Shown piece by piece: positions 1-10,591 of a DNA stretch of 64,000 nucleotides (within the stretch, counting starts at the first letter, position 1; every line of letters begins with the position of its first letter). Source of the stretch: Escherichia coli. Lineage in GTDB: Bacteria > Pseudomonadota > Gammaproteobacteria > Enterobacterales > Enterobacteriaceae. The position numbers and the translations under genes were made by a program. Below the pieces are notes generated by a model. That model was not told where the DNA came from. It worked only from the letters and a program-made list of their open reading frames with translations, and ran no database searches. The stretch lies in assembly GCF_046105845.1 (NCBI RefSeq), contig NZ_CP151004.1; one strand, given 5' to 3'.

Positions 1-276
1 AAACAGGATTGCGCCGATCATCAGGCTCTTTTTGCGCCCGAGTTTAAAGGAGAGCCAGCCGCTGCCCACCGCACCGACTGCCGCACCGAACATCATGGAG
101 CTTACGACCCATTCTTGCGTGTGCGAAGTAATCTGGAATTCATCTGCAATAAACGGCAGTGCGCCAGCAATTACACCGATATCCAGGCCAAAGAGTAATC
201 CCGCCAGAGCGGCAAGGAAGCAGACGAAAAACGTCATTGCCTTGTTTGACCGCCCCTGTTTTTTAGCGTCAGGCAT
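1..276 (-). CDS. galP: Galactose:H+ symporter GalP, N-terminal 92 codons (gene continues beyond window start)
   Basis: Reverse-strand translation from ATG at 274-276 reads [32 protein letters not shown]..., the sugar-transporter N-terminus; in frame to position 1. Not in ORF track because it is truncated by the window edge. Confidence 0.9.
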   Translation of the reverse strand, partial: MPDAKKQGRSNKAMTFFVCFLAALAGLLFGLDIGVIAGALPFIADEFQITSHTQEWVVSSMMFGAAVGAVGSGWLSFKLGRKKSLMIGAILF

Positions 277-339
277 GATGCCCTCCAATATGGTTATTTT
301 TTATTGTGAATTAAGATAGGTGAGTACGACGTAAAAAGA

Positions 340-355
340 TGTGAAGCAAATCACA
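340..355. promoter_or_regulatory. CRP-binding site, perfect TGTGA-N6-TCACA core, upstream of galP
   Basis: Sequence tgtgaagcaaatcaca at 340-355, 64-79 nt upstream of the galP start codon. Confidence 0.55.
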
Positions 356-358
356 TCA

Positions 359-374
359 GTGTAATCGCTTACAC
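359..374. promoter_or_regulatory. GalR/GalS operator upstream of galP
   Basis: Sequence gtgtaatcgcttacac matches the 16-bp GalR/GalS operator consensus GTGnAAnCGnTTnCAC at every constrained position. Confidence 0.6.
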
Positions 375-622
375 TAACATTTATCTTGGTTATGATTTAA
401 GTGCATGAAAATAATTGAGTTATATCATCATAGATTAAACGCTGTTATCTGCAATTAAGACTTTACTGAAAAGAAATGTAACAACTGTGAAAGCTGAATA
501 ATAATATGAAAATATTACAAATATTTGGCTGGCGTGGTTGGTGTAATCGGTTTCAGTAGTGATGGTAATTTGCGGTAAAACGTGTTGAGGAAGAATGATG
601 TTATTGTGCGGGCGGTTTTTTT

Positions 623-645
623 GCCGGATGCGGCGTGAATGCCTG
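623..645. repeat. REP-like sequence (gccggatgcggcgtgaatgcc)
   Basis: Matches the first half of the REP consensus GCCGGATGCGGCGTGAACGCC; lies downstream of metK. Confidence 0.45.
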
Positions 646-660
646 TCCACCGCGGTGAGG

Positions 661-693
661 TAAAAGAAAAAGGCCAGCGCGAGGCTGGCCTTT
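661..693 (-). terminator. Intrinsic terminator of metK
   Basis: GC-rich hairpin ggccagc/gctggcc (672-690) followed on the minus strand by a T-run, immediately 3' of the metK stop. Confidence 0.7.
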
Positions 694-712
694 GAAAGCA
701 GGTGAAGAAAGA

Positions 713-1867
713 TTACTTCAGACCGGCAGCATCACGCAGCAGCTGCGCTTTGTCGGTTTTTTCCCACGGGAAATGTTCACGACCAAAGTGACCGTATGCT
801 GCGGTTTCTTTGTAGATCGGGTGCAGCAGATCCAGCATCTGAATCAGACCGTATGGGCGCAGGTCGAAGAATTCACGTACCAGCAGAGTCAGTTGTTCAG
901 AAGGCACTTTCTCAGTACCGAAAGTTTCTACCATGATGGAAGTCGGTTCAGCCACGCCGATTGCGTAGGAAACCTGAATTTCACAACGATCGGCCAGGCC
1001 AGCAGCAACGATGTTTTTCGCGACATAACGTGCTGCGTAGGCTGCGGAACGGTCCACTTTTGATGGATCTTTACCAGAGAATGCACCGCCACCGTGACGC
1101 GCCATGCCGCCGTAGGTATCAACGATAATTTTACGACCAGTCAGACCGCAGTCACCCATCGGGCCACCGATAACAAAACGACCGGTCGGGTTGATGAAGA
1201 ATTTGGTGGCAGAAGTCAGCCATTCAGCCGGCAGAATCGGCTTGATGATCTCTTCCATTACCGCTTCTTGCAGCGATTTCTGGTCGATTTCTTCAGAGTG
1301 CTGAGTGGAAAGCACGACAGCATCGATACCAACGATTTTGCCGTCGTCATACTGGAAAGTCACCTGGCTTTTCGCGTCCGGGCGCAGCCACGGCAGAGTG
1401 CCGTTTTTACGCACTTCAGCCTGACGCTGTACCAGACGGTGTGCATAGGTGATAGGCGCTGGCATCAGCACGTCGGTTTCATTGGTTGCGTAGCCAAACA
1501 TCAGACCCTGGTCACCCGCGCCCTGTTCCAGCGGATCGGCACGGTCAACGCCCTGGTTGATGTCAGGAGACTGTTTACCGATGGCGCTCAGAACCGCACA
1601 GGAGTTAGCGTCAAAGCCCATGTCGGAATGTACATAGCCAATTTCGCGAACGGTGTTACGGGTGATCTCTTCGATGTCTACCCAGGCGCTGGTGGTGATT
1701 TCGCCGCCAACTAAAACCATGCCGGTTTTTACGTAGGTTTCGCAAGCAACGCGTGCTTTCGGATCCTGTTCGAGGATCGCGTCTAAAACGGCATCAGAGA
1801 TTTGGTCAGCAATTTTGTCAGGATGCCCTTCAGAGACGGACTCGGACGTAAAAAGGTGTTTTGCCAT
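713..1867 (-). CDS. metK: S-adenosylmethionine synthetase
   Basis: ORF 713..1879; product recognised from [29 protein letters not shown]...; start trimmed to the Met giving 384 aa. Confidence 0.97.
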
Positions 1868-1907
1868 ATTTAATATCACCTAAAGAGAATTTGGTTAGCT
1901 CAAACTG

Positions 1908-2174
1908 TTGTGTGGATTTTCTGTGGTAGCGGATCCTACCACGACTCTGCAGGTTAAAAACACTGGCAGTCTGAGTGTTAATCGGTATGGATGGATTAAC
2001 ATCTGGATGGCTATTTTAGGTCAGTTCTTCACCCAATTTCCACTTTTTTTTGAATCGTGTCTCATTCTGTTAAAAACGTGGCTGGAAATTTTTCCTGACA
2101 ATGCTGGCATTCTGCGTATTTATCTTTTGCAATTTTCTGCCATTGTGGGGTATAAAACGCGGCGCGCGGCTTAA
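1908..2174 (+). CDS. Small hypothetical ORF in the metK-speA intergenic region (possibly yqgD-equivalent)
   Basis: ORF-track entry of 88 aa with no recognisable domain; position matches where small y-genes are annotated in K-12. Weak support. Confidence 0.25.
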
Positions 2175-2386
2175 ATAAAAAGCACACGACGTTTCTTTCG
2201 TGTTGCCACTTCCAGCCGGGTTGAAATCAGAGTTTTGGCTTGTGGGTTCGTCTTAACAGGCGGCCGTGGAGGTGATACGAAATAATGAACCGTTGTCTGC
2301 TGCTTAACCTGTCTCACCGTTCTGGTGAAGATTCGTTCCCCGCACTCTGCATCTCTGCTTTGCATACCTGCCGATGTTATACCCAT
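2171..2386 (-). CDS. Small hypothetical ORF (possibly yqgC-equivalent, 71 aa)
   Basis: ORF-track entry of 71 aa; length matches my recollection of yqgC but I cannot verify the sequence. Confidence 0.25.
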
Positions 2387-2521
2387 CTCGGCGCTTCTCA
2401 GGATTCAAGAGCTGGTTACAGTTACTGAGGACTGAACAAGGGCGCTCTTGTAAAAACAAGAGTTTTCTCGTGGTTTCGCCGAACTGTCACACTTACGTTC
2501 GGTTATGTGCTTAATAATGTT

Positions 2522-2653
2522 ATGAAAAAGAAACCGGTTGCGCAGTTGGAGCGTCAGCATTCACTGCTGGAAAATCCATGTGCTTATGGGTTGTTATCGC
2601 AGTTCCAGGCTGCGATAGTCGTTAACTGTTTTACACTTAATAAAATAATTTGA
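2522..2653 (+). CDS. yqgB: Small protein YqgB (43 aa), immediately upstream of speA
   Basis: ATG at 2522; translation [43 protein letters not shown]; stop TGA at 2651-2653 lies inside the speA ribosome-binding region. Confidence 0.7.
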
Positions 2654-2661
2654 GGTTCGCT

Positions 2662-4638
2662 ATGTCTGACGACATGTCTATGGGTTTGCCTTCGTCAGCG
2701 GGCGAACACGGTGTACTACGCTCCATGCAGGAGGTTGCAATGAGCTCCCAGGAAGCCAGCAAGATGCTGCGTACTTACAATATTGCCTGGTGGGGCAATA
2801 ACTACTATGACGTTAACGAGCTGGGCCACATTAGCGTGTGCCCGGACCCGGACGTCCCGGAAGCTCGCGTCGATCTCGCGCAGTTAGTGAAAACTCGTGA
2901 AGCACAGGGCCAGCGTCTGCCTGCACTGTTCTGTTTCCCACAGATCCTGCAGCATCGTTTGCGTTCTATTAACGCCGCGTTCAAACGTGCGCGGGAATCC
3001 TACGGCTATAACGGCGATTACTTCCTCGTTTATCCGATCAAAGTTAACCAGCACCGCCGCGTGATTGAGTCCCTGATTCATTCGGGCGAACCGCTAGGCC
3101 TGGAAGCCGGTTCCAAAGCGGAGTTGATGGCGGTGCTGGCACATGCTGGCATGACCCGTAGCGTCATCGTCTGCAACGGTTATAAGGACCGCGAATATAT
3201 CCGCCTGGCATTAATTGGCGAGAAGATGGGCCACAAGGTCTATCTGGTCATTGAGAAGATGTCAGAAATTGCCATTGTGCTGGATGAAGCAGAACGTCTG
3301 AATGTCGTTCCTCGTCTGGGCGTGCGTGCGCGTCTGGCTTCGCAGGGCTCCGGTAAATGGCAGTCCTCCGGCGGGGAAAAATCGAAGTTCGGCCTGGCGG
3401 CGACTCAGGTACTGCAACTGGTTGAAACCCTGCGTGAAGCCGGGCGTCTCGACAGCCTGCAACTGCTGCACTTCCACCTCGGTTCGCAGATGGCGAATAT
3501 TCGCGATATCGCGACAGGCGTTCGTGAATCCGCGCGTTTCTATGTTGAGCTGCACAAGCTGGGCGTCAATATTCAGTGCTTCGACGTCGGCGGTGGTCTG
3601 GGCGTGGACTATGAAGGCACCCGTTCGCAGTCCGACTGTTCGGTGAACTACGGCCTCAATGAATACGCCAACAACATCATCTGGGCGATTGGTGATGCGT
3701 GTGAAGAAAATGGTCTGCCACATCCGACAGTAATCACCGAGTCGGGTCGTGCGGTGACTGCACATCACACCGTGCTGGTGTCGAATATCATCGGCGTGGA
3801 ACGTAACGAATACACGGTGCCGACTGCGCCTGCAGAAGACGCACCGCGCGCCCTGCAAAGCATGTGGGAAACCTGGCAGGAGATGCACGAACCGGGAACT
3901 CGCCGTTCTCTGCGTGAGTGGTTGCATGACAGCCAGATGGATCTGCACGATATTCATATCGGCTACTCTTCCGGCACCTTTAGCCTGCAAGAACGCGCAT
4001 GGGCTGAGCAGCTTTATTTGAGCATGTGCCATGAAGTGCAAAAGCAGCTGGATCCGCAAAACCGTGCTCATCGTCCGATTATCGACGAGCTGCAGGAACG
4101 TATGGCGGACAAAATGTACGTCAACTTCTCGCTGTTCCAGTCGATGCCGGATGCGTGGGGGATCGACCAGTTGTTCCCGGTTCTGCCGCTGGAAGGGTTG
4201 GATCAAGTGCCGGAACGTCGCGCTGTGCTGCTGGATATTACCTGTGACTCTGACGGTGCTATCGACCACTATATTGATGGTGATGGTATTGCCACGACAA
4301 TGCCAATGCCGGAGTACGATCCAGAGAATCCGCCGATGCTCGGTTTCTTTATGGTCGGCGCATATCAGGAGATCCTCGGCAATATGCACAACCTGTTCGG
4401 TGATACCGAAGCGGTTGACGTGTTCGTGTTCCCTGACGGTAGCGTAGAAGTAGAACTGTCTGACGAAGGCGATACCGTGGCGGACATGCTGCAATATGTA
4501 CAGCTCGATCCGAAAACGCTGTTAACCCAGTTCCGCGATCAAGTGAAGAAAACCGATCTTGATGCTGAACTGCAACAACAGTTCCTTGAAGAGTTCGAGG
4601 CAGGTTTGTACGGTTATACCTATCTTGAAGATGAATAA
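2662..4638 (+). CDS. speA: Biosynthetic arginine decarboxylase
   Basis: ORF 2650..4638; sequence from [25 protein letters not shown]... recognised as SpeA; ATG at 2662 with a gagg SD gives 658 aa. Confidence 0.96.
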
Positions 4639-4654
4639 TTAAGATTATTCCGCT

Positions 4655-4697
4655 GGCGGGTCGATTTATTTACGTAAATCGGCCCGCTTTCTTTTTA
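4655..4697 (+). terminator. Putative intrinsic terminator after speA
   Basis: Imperfect hairpin gcgggtcgattta / taaatcggcccgc followed by tttcttttt. Confidence 0.55.
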
Positions 4698-4783
4698 TAT
4701 ATTCTTAAAAATAATTTAGCTGCTTTTCTTATTAAATAATCCCCCTACAATCGCTGCATTAATTAAATACAGAGGGAACGGTT

Positions 4784-5515
4784 ATGAAAAAAGGGAAAGT
4801 ACGTAGCGCGTTGATAGCATTAGCCGTGCTGCTGGCCGGTTGTTCCAGTAATGCGCAGTATAATAGCAGTGCATCGGGCAATGTCGGCACCGCCTGGGGT
4901 GGGGATGTGCACTCATCGGTTCAGGGCGTATCTGCTGAGCGAGCCTGGCGCGATCCGGCAGAGATGATCGTTATTAGTTATTCGACTAATGTTCCTTCCG
5001 GCTATGATCGCGTTTATAGCATTCGTATTAACGAACTGGAATATGCTATTCGCGATGGTAATTTTAATTCTCTACCTATTACGCGTGTTTATGATTCATC
5101 CAATAATGAACCACGCTATATTGTCCATGCCAGAGTCGGAATGAATTATCAATTATATGTCCGTAATTACAGTCGTAACACCAACTACGAGATCGTTGCT
5201 ACGGTTGATGGCCTGGATGTGCTGAACGGCAAGCAAGGTTCGCTGAATAACAACGGCTATATTGTGAATGCCGGAGATTCGTTAGCGATTAAAGGATTTC
5301 GCAAAGATAAACATACCGAAGCGGCTTTTCAGTTCGCCAACGTTGCTGATTCCTACGCAGCCAATTCGGCGCAAGGCGATGTGCGTAATACCGGGGTAAT
5401 CGGCTTTGCCGCCTTTGAATTACAAGGCTCGGCGCAAAACGCGATGCCGCCGTGCTCTGGACAAGCCTTTCCGGCAGATAACAATGGCTATGCGCCGCCA
5501 CCGTGTCGGAAATAG
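4784..5515 (+). CDS. Predicted lipoprotein of unknown function (243 aa)
   Basis: ATG at 4784 with SD gaggga 5 nt upstream; N-terminus MKKGKVRSALIALAVLLAG-C has a signal peptide and LAGC lipobox; Asn/Tyr/Ser-rich mature part; gene visibly AT-richer than speA/speB; own terminator downstream. Confidence 0.75.
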   Translation: MKKGKVRSALIALAVLLAGCSSNAQYNSSASGNVGTAWGGDVHSSVQGVSAERAWRDPAEMIVISYSTNVPSGYDRVYSIRINELEYAIRDGNFNSLPITRVYDSSNNEPRYIVHARVGMNYQLYVRNYSRNTNYEIVATVDGLDVLNGKQGSLNNNGYIVNAGDSLAIKGFRKDKHTEAAFQFANVADSYAANSAQGDVRNTGVIGFAAFELQGSAQNAMPPCSGQAFPADNNGYAPPPCRK

Positions 5516-5582
5516 CAACCTCGCTTGATGCCTCGTCCATTTAAGGCGATAATTAGCGCAAACTTGTGTTTCGCAAATCCAA

Positions 5583-5622
5583 CCCTTCCTCGTCGGGCCT
5601 AACGACGCGGAAGGGTTTTTTT
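5583..5622 (+). terminator. Intrinsic terminator after the lipoprotein gene
   Basis: Hairpin cccttcctcgtcg ... cgacgcggaaggg followed by a run of seven T. Confidence 0.65.
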
Positions 5623-5650
5623 ATATCGACTTTGTAATAGGAGTCCATCC

Positions 5651-6571
5651 ATGAGCACCTTAGGTCATCAATACGATAACTCACTGGTTTCCAACGCCTT
5701 TGGTTTTTTACGCCTGCCGATGAACTTCCAGCCGTATGACAGCGATGCAGACTGGGTGATTACTGGCGTGCCGTTCGATATGGCCACTTCTGGTCGTGCG
5801 GGTGGTCGTCACGGTCCGGCAGCTATTCGTCAGGTTTCGACGAATCTGGCCTGGGAACACAACCGCTTCCCGTGGAATTTCGACATGCGTGAGCGTCTGA
5901 ACGTGGTGGACTGCGGCGATCTGGTATATGCCTTCGGCGATGCCCGTGAGATGAGCGAAAAACTGCAGGCACACGCCGAGAAGCTGCTGGCTGCCGGTAA
6001 GCGTATGCTCTCCTTCGGTGGTGACCACTTTGTTACGTTGCCGCTGCTGCGTGCACATGCGAAGCATTTCGGCAAAATGGCGCTGGTACACTTTGATGCC
6101 CACACCGATACCTACGCTAACGGTTGTGAATTTGACCACGGCACCATGTTCTATACCGCGCCGAAAGAAGGTCTGATCGACCCGAATCATTCCGTGCAGA
6201 TTGGTATTCGTACTGAGTTCGATAAAGACAACGGCTTTACCGTGCTGGACGCCTGCCAGGTGAACGATCGCAGCGTGGATGACGTTATCGCTCAGGTGAA
6301 ACAGATTGTAGGTGATATGCCGGTTTACCTGACTTTTGATATCGACTGCCTGGATCCTGCTTTCGCGCCGGGAACTGGTACGCCGGTGATTGGCGGCCTG
6401 ACCTCCGATCGCGCCATTAAACTGGTACGCGGCCTGAAAGATCTCAACATCGTTGGGATGGACGTAGTGGAAGTGGCTCCGGCATACGATCAGTCGGAAA
6501 TCACCGCTCTGGCTGCGGCGACGCTGGCGCTGGAGATGCTGTATATCCAGGCGGCGAAAAAGGGCGAGTAA
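5651..6571 (+). CDS. speB: Agmatinase (agmatine ureohydrolase)
   Basis: 306-aa [26 protein letters not shown]... recognised as SpeB (arginase family). Confidence 0.96.
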   Translation: MSTLGHQYDNSLVSNAFGFLRLPMNFQPYDSDADWVITGVPFDMATSGRAGGRHGPAAIRQVSTNLAWEHNRFPWNFDMRERLNVVDCGDLVYAFGDAREMSEKLQAHAEKLLAAGKRMLSFGGDHFVTLPLLRAHAKHFGKMALVHFDAHTDTYANGCEFDHGTMFYTAPKEGLIDPNHSVQIGIRTEFDKDNGFTVLDACQVNDRSVDDVIAQVKQIVGDMPVYLTFDIDCLDPAFAPGTGTPVIGGLTSDRAIKLVRGLKDLNIVGMDVVEVAPAYDQSEITALAAATLALEMLYIQAAKKGE

Positions 6572-6607
6572 GCGCCGGATAAGATGCGTTATGCGTCAAA
6601 TCCGGCG
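6572..6607. repeat. REP-like palindrome / bidirectional terminator between convergent speB and loiP
   Basis: gcgccggat...atccggcg inverted repeat in the 47-bp gap between the two stop codons. Confidence 0.5.
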
Positions 6608-6618
6608 TAATAAAATGC

Positions 6619-7377
6619 TTACTTAATTCCATCCGCGCTCATACGATCGCGAATATGCTGGGCGCGTTCGGCGGATGCAGGATGGTCGTCAAACATTGAG
6701 CTTTGGCGGCCTTCTTCCAGTTTCGCCAGTTTTTCAAAGCTGGTGGCAAGACCTGCCGGGCTGATGCCGCGTTGACGCAGAAGATCGTAAGAATAATCAT
6801 CGGCTTCTGCTTCCTGGCGCTGGGAGAATTGCGAATTAACTAATTTCTCGCCCAGATCACCGAGTTGTGATTGAGATAAACTGCCGACAATCCCGCCCGC
6901 AGAGGCCGCAGCTACTCGCACGGCATTTGTACCAAGTGCCACCTGCATCCCTTTTTTCACATGGCCTAACGCCACGTGCCCCATTTCGTGACCGATCACC
7001 GCTTCGACTTCGTTATCCGTCATCATATCCATCAGCCCGCTATAGACGCGGATACAGCCGTTAGCCATTGCAAAGGCGTTCACATCCTTCGCCATATACA
7101 CTTTGTAATTCACCGGCTGACCGTTGATATTGTTGCCTAGCGCATTGGCAATAGTTGTCAGACGTTTAGCGTATTCGCTATTGGCTGGCGCAATCGTCGC
7201 CTTGCTGTCCATCTCCTGACATGCCTGATCGCTCAGGGTTTTCACCTGCGCATCACTCAAACTGTAAGCCTGAAAAGCTTCCGCTCCTGATGAGAGCAGT
7301 CCGTTGGAGTCCATATTCTGGCAACCGGTCAGTACCGTTGCCACGCTCATTGCTACCAATAAGGCGCGAATTTTCAT
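6619..7377 (-). CDS. loiP: Outer-membrane metalloprotease LoiP (YggG), M48 family lipoprotein
   Basis: ORF 6619..7596 trimmed to MKIRALLVAMSVATVLTGC (lipobox) at 7377; HEMGH zinc-binding motif present; 252 aa. Confidence 0.93.
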   Translation of the reverse strand: MKIRALLVAMSVATVLTGCQNMDSNGLLSSGAEAFQAYSLSDAQVKTLSDQACQEMDSKATIAPANSEYAKRLTTIANALGNNINGQPVNYKVYMAKDVNAFAMANGCIRVYSGLMDMMTDNEVEAVIGHEMGHVALGHVKKGMQVALGTNAVRVAAASAGGIVGSLSQSQLGDLGEKLVNSQFSQRQEAEADDYSYDLLRQRGISPAGLATSFEKLAKLEEGRQSSMFDDHPASAERAQHIRDRMSADGIK

Positions 7378-7654
7378 GTTTTCTCTTCCGCACAAGGTCA
7401 GGATTATTCTAAAAATGCGCCGTTTGCAGGTGAATCGACGCTCAGTCTCAGTATAAGGAAAAGCGCAGCGGACGGGCGAGCAGATTGCGCAACATGCGAG
7501 CATGATCCAGAGATTTCTGAAGCGGCAAAAGGATGTTCCATGTACATGACGCGCGGCTTGCGGTAAATTGTTGGCAAATTTTCCGGCGTAGCCCAAAACG
7601 CGCTGTCGTCAAGTCGTTAAGGGCGTGCCCTTCATCATCCGATCTGGAGTCAAA

Positions 7655-9646
7655 ATGTCCTCACGTAAAGAGCTTGCCAATGCTATTCGTGCGCTGAGCA
7701 TGGACGCAGTACAGAAAGCCAAATCCGGTCACCCGGGTGCCCCTATGGGGATGGCTGACATTGCCGAAGTCCTGTGGCGTGATTTCCTGAAACACAACCC
7801 GCAGAATCCGTCCTGGGCTGACCGTGACCGCTTCGTGCTGTCCAACGGCCACGGCTCCATGCTGATCTACAGCCTGCTGCACCTCACCGGTTACGATCTG
7901 CCGATGGAAGAACTGAAAAACTTCCGTCAGCTGCATTCCAAAACGCCGGGCCACCCGGAAGTGGGCTACACCGCAGGTGTGGAAACCACTACTGGTCCGC
8001 TGGGTCAGGGTATTGCCAACGCAGTCGGTATGGCGATTGCAGAAAAAACGCTGGCGGCGCAGTTTAACCGTCCGGGCCACGACATTGTCGACCACTACAC
8101 CTACGCCTTCATGGGTGACGGCTGCATGATGGAAGGCATCTCCCACGAAGTTTGCTCTCTGGCGGGTACGCTGAAGCTGGGTAAACTGATTGCGTTCTAC
8201 GATGACAACGGTATCTCTATCGATGGTCACGTTGAAGGCTGGTTCACCGACGACACCGCAATGCGTTTCGAAGCTTACGGCTGGCACGTTATTCGCGGCA
8301 TCGACGGTCATGACGCGGCATCCATCAAACGCGCAGTAGAAGAAGCGCGCGCAGTGACTGACAAACCGTCCCTGCTGATGTGCAAAACCATTATCGGTTT
8401 CGGTTCACCGAACAAAGCCGGTACGCACGACTCCCACGGTGCGCCGCTGGGCGACGCTGAAATCGCCCTGACCCGCGAACAGCTGGGCTGGAAATATGCA
8501 CCGTTCGAAATCCCGTCTGAAATCTATGCTCAGTGGGATGCGAAAGAAGCAGGCCAGGCGAAAGAATCCGCATGGAACGAGAAATTCGCTGCTTACGCGA
8601 AAGCTTATCCGCAGGAAGCCGCTGAATTTACCCGCCGTATGAAAGGCGAAATGCCGTCTGACTTCGACGCCAAAGCGAAAGAGTTCATCGCTAAACTGCA
8701 GGCTAATCCGGCGAAAATCGCCAGCCGTAAAGCGTCTCAGAATGCGATTGAAGCGTTCGGTCCGCTGTTGCCGGAATTCCTCGGCGGCTCTGCTGACCTG
8801 GCACCGTCTAACCTGACCCTGTGGTCTGGTTCTAAAGCAATTAACGAAGATGCTGCGGGTAACTACATCCACTACGGTGTTCGCGAGTTCGGTATGACCG
8901 CGATTGCTAACGGTATCTCCCTGCACGGTGGTTTCCTGCCGTACACCTCCACCTTCCTGATGTTCGTGGAATACGCACGTAACGCCGTACGTATGGCTGC
9001 GCTGATGAAACAGCGTCAGGTGATGGTTTACACCCACGACTCCATCGGTCTGGGCGAAGATGGCCCGACTCACCAGCCGGTTGAGCAGGTCGCTTCACTG
9101 CGCGTGACCCCGAACATGTCCACATGGCGTCCGTGTGACCAGGTTGAATCCGCGGTCGCGTGGAAATACGGCGTTGAGCGTCAAGACGGCCCGACTGCGC
9201 TTATCCTCTCCCGTCAGAACCTGGCGCAGCAGGAGCGTACTGAAGAGCAGCTGGCAAACATCGCGCGCGGTGGTTATGTGCTGAAAGACTGTGCCGGTCA
9301 GCCGGAACTGATTTTCATCGCGACCGGTTCTGAAGTTGAACTGGCGGTTGCTGCCTACGAAAAACTGACTGCCGAAGGCGTGAAGGCGCGCGTGGTTTCC
9401 ATGCCGTCTACCGATGCATTCGACAAGCAGGATGCGGCTTACCGTGAATCCGTACTGCCGAAAGCGGTTACTGCACGCGTTGCGGTAGAAGCGGGTATTG
9501 CTGACTACTGGTACAAGTATGTTGGCCTGAACGGCGCTATCGTCGGCATGACCACCTTTGGTGAATCTGCTCCGGCAGAGCTGCTGTTTGAAGAGTTCGG
9601 TTTCACCGTTGATAACGTTGTTGCGAAAGCCAAAGCGCTGCTGTAA
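7655..9646 (+). CDS. tktA: Transketolase 1
   Basis: ORF 7625..9646 trimmed to [22 protein letters not shown]... at 7655; 663 aa. Confidence 0.97.
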   Translation: MSSRKELANAIRALSMDAVQKAKSGHPGAPMGMADIAEVLWRDFLKHNPQNPSWADRDRFVLSNGHGSMLIYSLLHLTGYDLPMEELKNFRQLHSKTPGHPEVGYTAGVETTTGPLGQGIANAVGMAIAEKTLAAQFNRPGHDIVDHYTYAFMGDGCMMEGISHEVCSLAGTLKLGKLIAFYDDNGISIDGHVEGWFTDDTAMRFEAYGWHVIRGIDGHDAASIKRAVEEARAVTDKPSLLMCKTIIGFGSPNKAGTHDSHGAPLGDAEIALTREQLGWKYAPFEIPSEIYAQWDAKEAGQAKESAWNEKFAAYAKAYPQEAAEFTRRMKGEMPSDFDAKAKEFIAKLQANPAKIASRKASQNAIEAFGPLLPEFLGGSADLAPSNLTLWSGSKAINEDAAGNYIHYGVREFGMTAIANGISLHGGFLPYTSTFLMFVEYARNAVRMAALMKQRQVMVYTHDSIGLGEDGPTHQPVEQVASLRVTPNMSTWRPCDQVESAVAWKYGVERQDGPTALILSRQNLAQQERTEEQLANIARGGYVLKDCAGQPELIFIATGSEVELAVAAYEKLTAEGVKARVVSMPSTDAFDKQDAAYRESVLPKAVTARVAVEAGIADYWYKYVGLNGAIVGMTTFGESAPAELLFEEFGFTVDNVVAKAKALL

Positions 9647-9668
9647 TCGGTAAGATGCTTTGTGAGAA

Positions 9669-9692
9669 GGGCCGCGAAAGCGGCCCTTTTTT
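9669..9692 (+). terminator. Intrinsic terminator of tktA
   Basis: gggccgc gaaa gcggccc hairpin followed by tttttt. Confidence 0.8.
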
Positions 9693-10591
9693 ACTTGGTG
9701 GAGATAAACGGAACTGTGCTGCCGGGGATCATGGTATCGGGTAGCTTACCGTCCCAACGCTCTGCAGTGGTTAGGGCAACAAGTCCGGGATTATCCCGCA
9801 GAGCTTCACCGCGCAGGCGGATAGCTTCTGCTTCAGCCGCACTTTTTAAACGAATAGTTTCAGCCTCTGCCGCGCCTCTTACGCGAATAGTCTCAGCTTC
9901 TGCTTTGGCTGCCGCCAGTTTACTGTCTGCTTCAGCCTGGGCCTGAGTTACTGCTATTTGCGCCTGGATTTTCTCTGTTTCCAGATTTTGCTTACGTGTG
10001 GCAATGGCGACTTCTGCTTTCATTCGATCTTCAATCGATTTTTCATAAGCGTCAGAAAAATCAATATTTTCAATCTGGACACCATCAATCACCACCGGGC
10101 CAACAACGGCTTTACGCATTGCATTTTGCAGATCCTGAACCAGTTTTGTACGATCCTGTACCGCGCTGATGGCGGTATATTGGCCGAAAACGTTCTCCAG
10201 TTGAGTTGGCAGCTGGCGGACGATCAGACGCTCTTTTAAAGATTCAATGGTGTTGTAGGTTGTATAAACTGCGCCAGCTTCTGAAGGTTTAATGTGGAAG
10301 CTGACTGATACTGTCATTTGTGCCGGTTGCTGGTCGCGGCTGTAGGCCCTGATAAACCACAGCCTGATTACGCGTGGAAATTTTCTCCACGCTTTCCATA
10401 AAAGGGATCTTAAAACCCAGACCCGGCTCGGCAACTTTTACGATTTTTCCGTAGCGCAGCAAAATGCCGCGTTCACCTTCATTAACGGTGTAATACGAGA
10501 GAAATGGCAGCACAACCACGGCAAGCACGCCAATGACGATAGCAATAGATTTTTGTGGGCGAAATGAGGTTATTGAAACAGGTGCTTTCAT
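9691..10591 (-). pseudogene. SPFH/band-7 (stomatin/prohibitin/HflC-like) membrane protein gene with disrupted reading frame
   Basis: N-terminal part (ORF 10289..10627; real start likely MKAPVSITSF at 10591 with SD aaggaag) and C-terminal part (ORF 9691..10434) are offset by one frame; junction near 10342-10354. N-terminal TM helix; C-terminal AEAETIR coiled-coil repeats and ...ERWDGKLP motif. Confidence 0.6.
9815..9905. repeat. Three imperfect ~27-nt tandem repeats inside the SPFH coding sequence
   Basis: Units like gcggatagcttctgcttcagccgc / acgaatagtttcagcctctgccgcgcc / acgcgaatagtctcagcttctgc encode AEAETIR(V/L)... repeats on the minus strand. Confidence 0.6.

Noticed and set aside
32-319. 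95-aa plus-strand ORF at the window start
   Set aside because: It is the mirror-strand shadow of the galP N-terminal coding region; the minus strand encodes the recognisable GalP sequence.
713-1910. SAM riboswitch or other leader structure upstream of metK
   Set aside because: Enterobacterial metK is regulated by the MetJ repressor, not by an S-box riboswitch; the short upstream region shows no conserved riboswitch-like helices.
3262-4494. 410-aa minus-strand ORF inside speA (similar long antisense ORFs at 1094..1714, 18957..19931, 35581..36366, 41986..43323, 54839..56254)
   Set aside because: They lie entirely antisense to well-recognised genes and have low-complexity Arg/His/Val-rich translations with no SD or domain; this is the expected stop-codon depletion on the reverse strand of GC-rich coding DNA.
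9815-9905. Possible CRISPR-like array suggested by the ~27-nt direct repeats
   Set aside because: The repeats are imperfect, contiguous without spacers, and in frame within a coding sequence; no cas genes are present anywhere in the window.
9662-9946. 94-aa Ala/Ser-rich plus-strand ORF after tktA
   Set aside because: It is the antisense reading of the AEAE-repeat region of the SPFH gene and starts inside the tktA terminator; repeat-driven artefact.
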